From assembly GCA_041736225.1 (NCBI GenBank), contig JBGSUG010000018.1, positions 1 to 46,428 on the forward strand: a DNA stretch of 46,428 bases. Direction: 5' to 3'. The stretch is from Candidatus Aminicenantales bacterium (GTDB taxonomy: Bacteria; Acidobacteriota; Aminicenantia; Aminicenantales; Saccharicenantaceae). Under the pieces are notes generated by a model, which saw only the letters and a program-made list of their open reading frames with translations, made no database searches and had not been told where the DNA came from. The position numbers and the translations under genes were made by a program. Each line of letters starts with the position of its first letter. The stretch's first letter is position 1. Positions 24,574-32,612 of this stretch are shown here, one piece after another.

Positions 24574-25890
24574 ATGAACCTGAACGAACAGTCCGGATCC
24601 GCGGGCGGGGCGGGGATCGGCGTCGAGATCCATAGCCTTGTGGCGGAGCTTTTCCCGATCTGCCGGAGCATCACGGGAGACGGGTTCCGCAAGACCCTGG
24701 AGATCCTCGGACGGCACATCCCGATGACGGTCCACGAGGTCCCGTCGGGCACGCGTGTTTTCGATTGGACCGTGCCGAAGGAATGGAACATCCGGGATGC
24801 TTTCATCAAGGACCGCACAGGGGAGAGGATCGTCGATTTCCAGAGATCGAACCTCCATGTCGTCAGCTACAGCCGTCCCGTTCGCGCGTTCCTGCCCCTG
24901 GCGGAGCTGAAGAAGCATCTCCATACCCTGCCGGGCCAACCGGGCCTCGTCCCTTACAAGACCGCTTATTATTCGGAAGATTGGGGTTTCTGCCTGAGTC
25001 ACGGCCAACTTCTCGGCCTCGAGGAGGGTGATTACGAAGTCGTCATCGACTCCACGTTGGAGGACGGATCTCTGACCTACGGGGAATCCTTTCTCAAGGG
25101 CGCGACGGAGGACGAGATCCTCGTTTCGGTCCATGCCTGCCACCCTTCGCTCGCCAACGACAACCTCTCGGGCGTCGGTCTGGCGACGATGCTGGCCAGG
25201 CACCTGGGAACGCTTGATCGCAGGTTTTCCTACCGGTTCCTGTTCATCCCCGGCACGATCGGGGCGATCACCTGGCTCTGCTTGAACGAGGGAAAGGTCG
25301 GGAAGATCAAGGCGGGCCTTGTCGTCGCGGGCGCCGGGGACCGTGGGGACGTCACCTATCAGAGAAGCCGCCGCGGCGACGCCGAGATCGACAGGGCCGC
25401 AGCGCACGTCCTTGGGCGCGCCGACCGGCCGGGCCGACTCCTGGATTTCCGCCCCTACGGGTACGACGAACGCCAATATTGCTCTCCCGGATTCGACCTT
25501 CCGGTCGGACGGTTCTCCAGAACCCCGTTCGGCGAATATCTGGAATACCACACGTCCGGGGACGACATGACCTTTGTTTCGGCCGGCTCATTGGCCGACA
25601 GCTTTAGGAAGATCCTGGGCATCTTCGAGCTGCTCGAGGGGAACCGGACCTACCGGAATGTGAACCCGAAAGGCGAGCCTCAACTCGGTAAGCGCGGCCT
25701 CTACGCGTCGGAGGACGAAAAGAACCTGGCCACGCTCTGGGTCCTGAATCTCTCCGACGGGAGGAACAGTCTCCTCGGCATCGCCGAACGGTCGGCTCTG
25801 CCGTTCGAGGCCATACGCGCGGCTGCGGAGAGCCTGAGGCAAGCCGGCCTGCTCGTCGAATGCGCGGCGCCGGACGGCGTCAGGACATGA
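24574..25890 (+). CDS. DUF4910/DUF2172 aminopeptidase-like (M28-like fold) protein with a C-terminal winged-helix-like region
   Basis: LFPICRSITGDGFRKTLEIL, FDWTVPKEWNIRDAF, HPSLANDNLSGV and EYHTSGDD match my recollection of this family, which commonly rides in glycan loci. ATG 24574 is preferred over tracked 24442, which overlaps the epimerase. Confidence 0.7.
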   Translation: MNLNEQSGSAGGAGIGVEIHSLVAELFPICRSITGDGFRKTLEILGRHIPMTVHEVPSGTRVFDWTVPKEWNIRDAFIKDRTGERIVDFQRSNLHVVSYSRPVRAFLPLAELKKHLHTLPGQPGLVPYKTAYYSEDWGFCLSHGQLLGLEEGDYEVVIDSTLEDGSLTYGESFLKGATEDEILVSVHACHPSLANDNLSGVGLATMLARHLGTLDRRFSYRFLFIPGTIGAITWLCLNEGKVGKIKAGLVVAGAGDRGDVTYQRSRRGDAEIDRAAAHVLGRADRPGRLLDFRPYGYDERQYCSPGFDLPVGRFSRTPFGEYLEYHTSGDDMTFVSAGSLADSFRKILGIFELLEGNRTYRNVNPKGEPQLGKRGLYASEDEKNLATLWVLNLSDGRNSLLGIAERSALPFEAIRAAAESLRQAGLLVECAAPDGVRT

Positions 25891-25909
25891 ATCGAGAGGA
25901 GTGAACGGC

Positions 25910-26692
25910 ATGAAAGTCGTGCTCTTTTGCGGCGGACAGGGGATGCGTCTCCGCGAATATTCGGAGGTCATCCCGAAGCCGATGGTCCCGCTGGGAAACC
26001 GGCCGATCCTCTGGCACGTCATGAGATACTACGCGCATTTCGGCCACAAGGAGTTCATCCTTTGCCTGGGCTACCGGGGCGATCTCATAAAGAAATATTT
26101 CGTCAATTACGACGAATGCATCTCGAACGACTTCGTCCTGACGAAAGGGGGCCGGGACCTCAAGCTCCTCACCAGCGACATCGGCGAATGGAAGATCACC
26201 TTCGTCGATACGGGCTTGAACGCCAACGTCGGACAAAGGCTGTGCGCCGTCAGGAAACACCTGGGGAACGACGAGGTCTTCCTGGCGAACTACGCCGACG
26301 GCCTGACGGACCTCGATTTCACGGTGTACCTGGACCGATTCCTGGCTCGGGACGTTGTCGCCTCCTTCCTGGCCGTCAAGCCGACCCAGAGCTTCCACGT
26401 CGTGACCATCAAGAACCACGACCATGTGACCGGGATCAGCCCGCTCGGCGAATCCGGCACCTGGATCAACGCGGGCTATTTCGCCTTCCGGAAGGAGATC
26501 TTCAAATACATCAAGGAGGGGGAAGACCTCGTGAAGGAGCCTTTCCTGAGGCTCATCGATAAAAAGCGGATCATGGCCCACAAGCACGAGGGGTTCTGGA
26601 TGGCCATGGATACGTTCAAGGACAAGCAATACCTGGACGAGATGGTCTCCGCGGACAGCGTACCCTGGGAGGTCTGGAGGACGAAAAGATGA
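25910..26692 (+). CDS. rfbF: Glucose-1-phosphate cytidylyltransferase
   Basis: MKVVLFCGGQGMRLREYSEVIPKPMVPLGNRPILWHVMRYYAHFGHKEFILCLGYRG is near-canonical for RfbF/DdhA. ATG 25910 lies 9 nt after GAGAGGA. Confidence 0.85.
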   Translation: MKVVLFCGGQGMRLREYSEVIPKPMVPLGNRPILWHVMRYYAHFGHKEFILCLGYRGDLIKKYFVNYDECISNDFVLTKGGRDLKLLTSDIGEWKITFVDTGLNANVGQRLCAVRKHLGNDEVFLANYADGLTDLDFTVYLDRFLARDVVASFLAVKPTQSFHVVTIKNHDHVTGISPLGESGTWINAGYFAFRKEIFKYIKEGEDLVKEPFLRLIDKKRIMAHKHEGFWMAMDTFKDKQYLDEMVSADSVPWEVWRTKR

Positions 26693-27342
26693 ACAGCCTC
26701 GCCGTCACGTCTCGGGGGAGATCGCTCAAGGTCCTCTGTCTGGGCGCCCACAGCGACGATATCGAGATCGGCTGCGGCGGCACCGTCCGCGCGTTGATCG
26801 CCTCTCATCCCGGGATCGAGTTTGATTGGATCGTGCTGAGCGCATTCGGGAAGCGGAGGAAGGAAGCCGAGTCCGGGGCCGCCGCGTTCCTCTCCGGAGC
26901 GGCTCGCAAGAGCGTTTCGGTCAAGGCTTTCCGGGACGGATATTTCCCCTACATCGGGGGAGAGATCAAGGACTGGTTCGAGGAGTTGAAGAAGTCCGTG
27001 GAGCCAGACCTGATCCTCACGCATCACCGTCGCGACCTCCATCAGGACCACCGGCTGGTCTCCGAACTGACTTGGAACACCTTCCGGGACCACCTCATCC
27101 TGGAGTACGAGGTCCCGAAGTACGACGGCGACCTCGGGGCCCCGAATGTCTTTGTTCCCCTGGATGAAAACGCCTGTCGAGCGAAAGTCGAGACTATCCT
27201 GACGCATTTTCGCACCCAGGCCGGGAATTCCTGGTTCACGGCGGATACCTTCCAGGCCCTGATGCGGTTGCGCGGCATCGAGTCCAACGCTCCCTCGGGC
27301 TACGCCGAGGCGTTCTACGGCCGGAAGCTCACGATCGCCTAG
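26689..27342 (+). CDS. PIG-L/LmbE family N-acetylglucosaminyl deacetylase
   Basis: VLCLGAHSDDIEIGCGGT and THHRRDLHQDH (metal-binding His/Asp motifs). ATGA overlap with the rfbF stop. Confidence 0.8.
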   Translation: MNSLAVTSRGRSLKVLCLGAHSDDIEIGCGGTVRALIASHPGIEFDWIVLSAFGKRRKEAESGAAAFLSGAARKSVSVKAFRDGYFPYIGGEIKDWFEELKKSVEPDLILTHHRRDLHQDHRLVSELTWNTFRDHLILEYEVPKYDGDLGAPNVFVPLDENACRAKVETILTHFRTQAGNSWFTADTFQALMRLRGIESNAPSGYAEAFYGRKLTIA

Positions 27343-27401
27343 CCGAGGGGGGAGCCGGGTTCATCGAGCCGACGAGGTTCACGTCGCATTATTCTCTGGC
27401 T

Positions 27402-27578
27402 TTGTCGTCGGCGGTGGTCCCCGTCTATTACCTGGCCGCATCCCGCTATCGCTGTGCCGTACTCCTTTGCCTGATTTATGCCGACCTGGCGCTCGGCGGG
27501 CTTCTCGGCCGCGTCTTTTCTGCCAGACATCGGGGGATTCTATCGGGTGACCTAAACGATGGACAAGGCGGCGGATGA
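27402..27578 (+). CDS. Doubtful micro-ORF (54-58 aa, one or two hydrophobic helices), or a frameshifted N-terminus of the next gene
   Basis: The frame reads ...LSSAVVPVYYLAASRYRCAVLLCLIYADLALGGLLGRVFSARHRGILSGDLNDGQGGG*. There is no ATG; only TTG 27402 or GTG 27414, neither with an SD. Stop TGA 27576-27578 overlaps ATG 27575 (ATGA). It is below the track's size cutoff. Confidence 0.25.
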   Translation: MSSAVVPVYYLAASRYRCAVLLCLIYADLALGGLLGRVFSARHRGILSGDLNDGQGGG

Positions 27579-28213
27579 TAGTCCTGGACGTCGATATCTA
27601 CGGGTATTACCTGGACAAGTACCAGTACGACAGGCTTTCGGACCTCCACCCTTACTATGCCAGGCACCCCGAGGTCATCGGGAAGGTCCTCAACCTGAAA
27701 TCGAGGCTGACCAAGTATCTGCTCCGATCGAAGCTCTACCGGTTCAACTCGACGATCGTCCACGTCGTACGCTACTGGCTGGCGCCCCAGAAGGACCGCC
27801 AAGGCTATCAGGCCACGTTCGTCGAGGTCCCCCGGCCGGCGTCTATCGCACCGGACGCTCCCGCCGATCGGCCGGCCGCTGAGCGGAGGCCCCGGACATT
27901 CGACCCCAATATGTTCGCCGCGCTCGAACAGTTCGTCAAGAACGCGCAAACGCACCGGGTCGATCTCCTCCTGACATTCTCTCCGACGCTCCATCGGTCT
28001 GAGGCGTCGCACCGGGAGGCGATCGAAAAGCTGAGCGCTCTCGCCGGCCGGCTACACGTCCGACTCGTCAGCTTCATCGACGACCTTGATTTCATGGGGC
28101 ACTATGAGTCGTTCGCCGATCCCGAACACTTGAACGACCGGGGAGCGAGGCTGCTATCGAAAAAACTGGCGACGAGGATCAGGGAGGAGTTCCCCGGCCG
28201 GTTCGGGAAATAG
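27575..28213 (+). CDS. Hypothetical protein; the C-terminal part resembles the block-V (DxxH) end of SGNH/DltD/AlgJ-type esterase-acyltransferases
   Basis: FADPEHLNDRGARLLSKKLATRI resembles the SGNH block V. No GDS(L) nucleophile block was recognised. The amino-acid composition is normal, unlike the shadow ORFs. The 3-prime end overlaps the convergent DegT gene by 35 nt. Confidence 0.6.
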   Translation: MIVLDVDIYGYYLDKYQYDRLSDLHPYYARHPEVIGKVLNLKSRLTKYLLRSKLYRFNSTIVHVVRYWLAPQKDRQGYQATFVEVPRPASIAPDAPADRPAAERRPRTFDPNMFAALEQFVKNAQTHRVDLLLTFSPTLHRSEASHREAIEKLSALAGRLHVRLVSFIDDLDFMGHYESFADPEHLNDRGARLLSKKLATRIREEFPGRFGK

Positions 28214-29384
28214 CCCATCCCTCGTCCAAGCTCCGGACGATGTGCTCGAGGTCCGCGGGTTCGAGGGAAGAATAGACGGGTACGACCAGGGCCGTTCTCA
28301 GGGCGAGCTCGGCGCGCGGGCAATCTCCCCGATAGCCGTAGTGCTCCGCGGCGCCCTCGACGACATCTTCGTAGGGTCTCGACGTTCCGATGCCGTTCTT
28401 CCTCAGATGAGCGGCCATCCTGTCCCTCTCCGGGGTCGAACAGAAGGTGATCGGGTACATGAACCGGTTATAGCGGGCCCGGGGCGGCTCGATGCAGAGG
28501 CGGACCGGGGCAGATCCCAGATGCCGCTCGAAAAAGCCGGCATGGGCCCGCTGGGCGTCAATCAGGGAATCGAGAAGGGGGATCCGTTTGCGGAGCGTGG
28601 CTAGGTCGGAAGCGAAGCTCCGCTCGAGGACGAGCGGGGACTTATCCGCGAATTCTGTCCTGCGATTGTAGGTCGCCCAGATCCGGGCCCCGGCCCAGCC
28701 CCACCAGGGACGGCTGCGCAGCTTCGACCGAAGGTAAGTCGTGAAGACGTGCCGGACCTCCCGGCCGCGCGAAGGAACGGGCAGCGCGTTCACGAGTTCC
28801 GCAATTCGCGCCCGGAGGTCCGGTCGAGGCGAGTAAAGGGCCCCGCCCTCGCCCACGGAGAGGTATTTGCCCGAACGAAAGCTGAAGAAAGACAGGTCTC
28901 CGAACGATCCGCACGTCCGCCCGTCGAGCCGGCTGCCTATCGATTGGGCGCAATCCTCGATGACGGGCTTGCCGCGCATGATCTCGAGGACATCCGGCAT
29001 ATCGCAGAGGTTGCCGAACATGTGGACGGCGATGAGGGCGTCGATCCCGGATGCCTTGGCCCGCAGATCGTCAGCCGACAGGCAGAAGGTCTCCGGTTCG
29101 ATATCCAGGAAGCGGGGCGCGCAGCCCGCGGCCCGGATGGCCTTGAAGACGACGGGACAGCAATGGAGGGGCACGCCGATGCGCGATCCGGGCGGGAGGC
29201 CGAGGGCCCGGAGCGCGATGACGATCGCCGCCCTCGCCGACCGAACGGGAATGGCCTCTCCGAGTCCGGGCAAGGCGATAGGCTCAGCCCGGTGAACGGA
29301 TTCCCGCGAGGCGAACGCCCCCCGGAGGCAATCCCCCAGCGAATAACGGTGGAGTTCGGTCGGCAGCAAATTCGGCTTGACCAT
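28179..29384 (-). CDS. DegT/DnrJ/EryC1/StrS family PLP-dependent sugar aminotransferase
   Basis: VIEDCAQSIGS and FFSFRSGKYLSVGEGGALYS (PLP lysine). ATG 29384 lies 1 nt after the upstream stop and is preferred over tracked 29435. Confidence 0.85.
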   Translation of the reverse strand: MVKPNLLPTELHRYSLGDCLRGAFASRESVHRAEPIALPGLGEAIPVRSARAAIVIALRALGLPPGSRIGVPLHCCPVVFKAIRAAGCAPRFLDIEPETFCLSADDLRAKASGIDALIAVHMFGNLCDMPDVLEIMRGKPVIEDCAQSIGSRLDGRTCGSFGDLSFFSFRSGKYLSVGEGGALYSPRPDLRARIAELVNALPVPSRGREVRHVFTTYLRSKLRSRPWWGWAGARIWATYNRRTEFADKSPLVLERSFASDLATLRKRIPLLDSLIDAQRAHAGFFERHLGSAPVRLCIEPPRARYNRFMYPITFCSTPERDRMAAHLRKNGIGTSRPYEDVVEGAAEHYGYRGDCPRAELALRTALVVPVYSSLEPADLEHIVRSLDEGWAISRTGRGTPP

Positions 29385-29385
29385 C

Positions 29386-30375
29386 TCAGCTCTCCGGGGG
29401 ACGGAAGCCCTCGAGCTTGTGCCTTTCGGAGTCAACGATGTCTCCGCCGCCGCGAACGCGCGTGGCCAGGCCGTACAAGCGGTAGGGGAGCGGCCGGAAG
29501 GGATATTTCCACATATAGCCCCGGATCAAGGTCGCCCCGAAATACCTCTTGAACGCGTTGATCGACTCCTGTTTCGACCCCTTGGGCGGATCGATCCTCG
29601 CTCCGACCAGATCGAATCGCCTGACGCCGAGCGACCGGAAGAGACGCATGGCCTCCCACTGGATCAGCTTCATCGTGCCCTGTCGGGCTTCCGGGAGATT
29701 GCCTCCGTAGATCGCATAGACACAGGGAGAGCTGAAGGCGAAGACAGAAGCGCTATGGATGACCCCCCCGTATTCTGCGACCAGGATCTTCCCGTGCTCA
29801 CCGAGGCCGGCGATGTAGCGGCGGAACGCTTCCAGGCTCATGAAGGAGATCTTCGACCGCTTGAACGTGTCCCGGACGAGCCGGTAGCAGATCTCTAGGA
29901 ACTCCGGGCCGCTTCGGACGTTCACTCCGTCCTTTTTGGCCGAGGCGATGTTCTGCCGGGTCCCCGGTTTAATGCCTTTCCACAGGGCGTCTTCTGTCTT
30001 GGCCAGATCGATGACATAGCTTCCATAAGGTGCAGCATCCGCCCCGTCGGGGTAGGTCCGGAAGATCGCGTTCGTGGTCGCCGGGATGACCATGTCGACA
30101 CCGATGGACCTCAGGTGATCCATCGCGCCGTTCAGAAACTCCTTCTCTTCGGGGATGCCGAAGTCGGCGGAGACCGCGATGGTCTCGACGCGGAAACGGG
30201 CCATACGGAAGACGGCTTTTCGCACGACCGTATAGGGCAGGATGCAGCGCGTCTCGCCCGAGCCGGAGAACCCGCCCAGCCAGCCGTACTCGTCGCCGAC
30301 CGCTTTCAGAAAGGACTCTTTGGCAAAGACGGGAAGGTCCGCGTGCCAGCGGATTTCGATCGGTCGGACGTTCAT
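29386..30375 (-). CDS. FemAB-like / GNAT (Acetyltransf_6) family aminoacyl-transferase-like protein
   Basis: Length and motifs fit FemABX-type proteins: GIKPGTRQNIASAKKDGVNV, ILVAEYGGVIHSASVFAFSSPCVYAIYGG, LIQWEAMRLFRSLGVRRFDLVGA and FKRYFGA. Confidence 0.7.
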   Translation of the reverse strand: MNVRPIEIRWHADLPVFAKESFLKAVGDEYGWLGGFSGSGETRCILPYTVVRKAVFRMARFRVETIAVSADFGIPEEKEFLNGAMDHLRSIGVDMVIPATTNAIFRTYPDGADAAPYGSYVIDLAKTEDALWKGIKPGTRQNIASAKKDGVNVRSGPEFLEICYRLVRDTFKRSKISFMSLEAFRRYIAGLGEHGKILVAEYGGVIHSASVFAFSSPCVYAIYGGNLPEARQGTMKLIQWEAMRLFRSLGVRRFDLVGARIDPPKGSKQESINAFKRYFGATLIRGYMWKYPFRPLPYRLYGLATRVRGGGDIVDSERHKLEGFRPPES

Positions 30376-31431
30376 TCAGGCCTCCTTGGCTTTCCCGGCC
30401 ACGGCCGGAGAGGACGTGCCGCCAGACCTCCCGGCGGGCCCCATGATCTTCTCGTAGGATCCCCGGAGCGTCGCAACGGGTATGGAGTTCCTCTGCAGAT
30501 AGGAAAGGAAGGCGTCGACGGTTTCGACATCGAGGAGGTCCTTCGTGTGACCGATGGACACGATCGGGCGATAGACGCCGGGATCGTCCCGGTCGAGCCT
30601 TCTTTCCCGTTCGAGCATGCCGCTCATCTCCGTCGCCGACAGACGACAGAAATCGAGCTTCATCGGATAGGTGAGCCGGGCATAATCCCTCAGCTGGTGA
30701 CCTCCGCCTTCCGCCCGCGCGGGATCCGCCGGGGCCTTCTGCTGCAATCCGATCCGCTTCGCCGTGAACATCCTCCAGATGGGCACCATCCGGGTGAATG
30801 TCGGGATCTCGAGCAGGACCCCGTCGGGGTCCGGGATATTGACGTCCTGCGAGAAGGTCCAATGATAACCGTTCCGGCGGGACCGGCGGTAGTCGAGCCG
30901 GTACCGGTGCTGCCGGCCGCCCTTGAAAACGGAGGAATCGACCTTGAGCCCGTGAGCGGCGAGGGATCTCGAGACAGCTCCGGTCGGCTGCAGAAGCCAA
31001 TTCCCCGCGCGGAAGGAGCTGGGCGTGTAATCTGACTCTCCCAAGACCCTGCGGAGATAGGCGATGGCCCGTCCGACTATCCGGTCGATCCGATCGGAGG
31101 AAAGAAGGCACAGATTGTATTCCTCGGGATCGAGCTGCCAGCGGGCGCTTTCGTAGCGCGCGTTATACCACTGCGGGTGCAGATGAAGCCCGATCTCGGA
31201 GCCGGCCGCATGGAATTCGCGGATCTGCCGCTCGACCAGGCCGATAGCGGGATCTGCCTTCCGGTCGCCGAGGATCTCCATCTCCGCCGCCTCGACGAAT
31301 ACGACGAGGGGGGCATCCCATTTTCGGAAGACGGCCCTGAGCCTTTCCGCCGGCTCATAGACCAGGTCCCGGAGGGAGCCACGGCCGTTGCCGTAGATCT
31401 CGTAGTCGACGGTGAACACGCACTCGATCAT
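30376..31431 (-). CDS. Polysaccharide deacetylase-like (NodB/CE4-related fold) protein
   Basis: MIECVFTVDYEIYGNG and GSEIGLHLHPQWYN resemble metal/acid-base motifs of the deacetylase superfamily. ATG 31431 forms an ATGA overlap with the upstream stop. Confidence 0.65.
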   Translation of the reverse strand: MIECVFTVDYEIYGNGRGSLRDLVYEPAERLRAVFRKWDAPLVVFVEAAEMEILGDRKADPAIGLVERQIREFHAAGSEIGLHLHPQWYNARYESARWQLDPEEYNLCLLSSDRIDRIVGRAIAYLRRVLGESDYTPSSFRAGNWLLQPTGAVSRSLAAHGLKVDSSVFKGGRQHRYRLDYRRSRRNGYHWTFSQDVNIPDPDGVLLEIPTFTRMVPIWRMFTAKRIGLQQKAPADPARAEGGGHQLRDYARLTYPMKLDFCRLSATEMSGMLERERRLDRDDPGVYRPIVSIGHTKDLLDVETVDAFLSYLQRNSIPVATLRGSYEKIMGPAGRSGGTSSPAVAGKAKEA

Positions 31432-32612
31432 GGTGCCGGCTCCGCGTTCTCGAGGAGGGTGGCCAGGGCCATGAGCATCCAGGCCTGGGACCATCTCATG
31501 AACGGCGTTCTCACCGTGGCTCGGGGACGTTTCTGGAAGTAGAAATAGCCCTTAGGGTCGCGCATGTTCCCGAGGGTCCAACCGAGGACCTTGTGGGCGA
31601 GGGCGACGTTGTTCGCCCCGGAGTCCGAGAACGCGGCCAGGGTGATGATGCTCTGGGCGGCGCTGTGGATGTCGATGGGATAGACGGCGTCGTGGAAATA
31701 CTTCGGCGCCCCGTCGTCGCGGAAGAAATGGGCTTTATAGAAATCCAAGCCTTTCCGGATGGCGGTATCGAATTCCGCCGTCCCGGCGAAGTCCCGGATC
31801 CGCCGCAGGGCGACCAGATTGAACCCGGTGTGGAAGTTGTCGATCCATTGCTGGGTCGGCGCTTCGCCATAGGCCCAAGATCCGTCGTCATGCTGTCTGT
31901 TGACGGAGAAACGCGCAGCTTCGAGGGCCGGTTCGATGTATTGAGGATTACCCGTGATTCGACCGATGCGGCACAGATAAGCGGCACCCAGGAGGTTGGC
32001 GTTGTGGACCTCGTCCCGGCCGACGAGCGTGTAGCGGAAGACCGATCTCCCGCCGCTTTCCCGCGAGAAGAGGTTCTCGAGGATATAATCAGCGGCGCTC
32101 AAGGCCTGCTCCGTCCAGGAGGACTCATGCGCCCATTCGCTCGCGTCGAGCAGGGCGTTGCCGGCGAAGGTCGTGCAGATGATATTCGGCGAGCCCTTGG
32201 GGACGAGCGCGAACCTCTGCTGCCAGTCGAAGTTGTAGCCCCAGCAAGCCGGCAGCCCTTCGCGGGACCGCAGGGACAGGAGCTTTTCGGCCAGCGGCCG
32301 GATGAATTCTGAAACCTCGGGCATGGAGCTTTTGGCCAGCTTGACGGTCGAGGTCAGGAAAAGGGCGATCCCTTTCGGATTGGGGGTGCGGGGCACGAGG
32401 AGGAGCGGTCTCAGGTTGACAGGGCTGCGCTTGACCCCCTGGGTCAGGGCCAGGCGGGCCAGTCGGAAGTCGAGGAAGGGGAGGGCCCGGAAGACCCGGC
32501 TGTTGAGGGCGTCGTACGGGTCGTAACCCGCCCAATCGTTCGCGCGGCAGTAAGCCAGCAGGTCGAGCACTGCCCGCCGCGCTTCCTCCACAGTACTCCG
32601 ATGTCCGCTCAC
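31428..32612 (-). CDS. Uncharacterised protein, probably an (alpha/alpha)6-toroid fold
   Basis: Repeated helix-pair-like segments with Trp/Asp-Gly-Ser motifs: CWGYNFDWQ, NANLLGAAYL, HDDGSWAYGE, IDNFHTGFNL and IDIHSAAQSI. GTG 32612 forms a GTGA overlap with the wecB stop. No family name can be assigned by eye. Confidence 0.7.
   Translation of the reverse strand: MSGHRSTVEEARRAVLDLLAYCRANDWAGYDPYDALNSRVFRALPFLDFRLARLALTQGVKRSPVNLRPLLLVPRTPNPKGIALFLTSTVKLAKSSMPEVSEFIRPLAEKLLSLRSREGLPACWGYNFDWQQRFALVPKGSPNIICTTFAGNALLDASEWAHESSWTEQALSAADYILENLFSRESGGRSVFRYTLVGRDEVHNANLLGAAYLCRIGRITGNPQYIEPALEAARFSVNRQHDDGSWAYGEAPTQQWIDNFHTGFNLVALRRIRDFAGTAEFDTAIRKGLDFYKAHFFRDDGAPKYFHDAVYPIDIHSAAQSIITLAAFSDSGANNVALAHKVLGWTLGNMRDPKGYFYFQKRPRATVRTPFMRWSQAWMLMALATLLENAEPAP

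Noticed and set aside
24517-27207. Minus-strand ORFs 24517..25551, 25880..26629 and 26476..27207
   Set aside because: They are antisense to the DUF4910, rfbF and PIG-L genes, all of which have strong motifs. The composition is typical of shadow ORFs.
27559-27882. 107-aa plus-strand ORF starting MDKAADDSPGRRYLRV
   Set aside because: It is out of frame with 27575-28213 and is R/P/G-rich. The 27575 frame has balanced composition, including K, Y, F and N, and an SGNH-like C-terminal motif.
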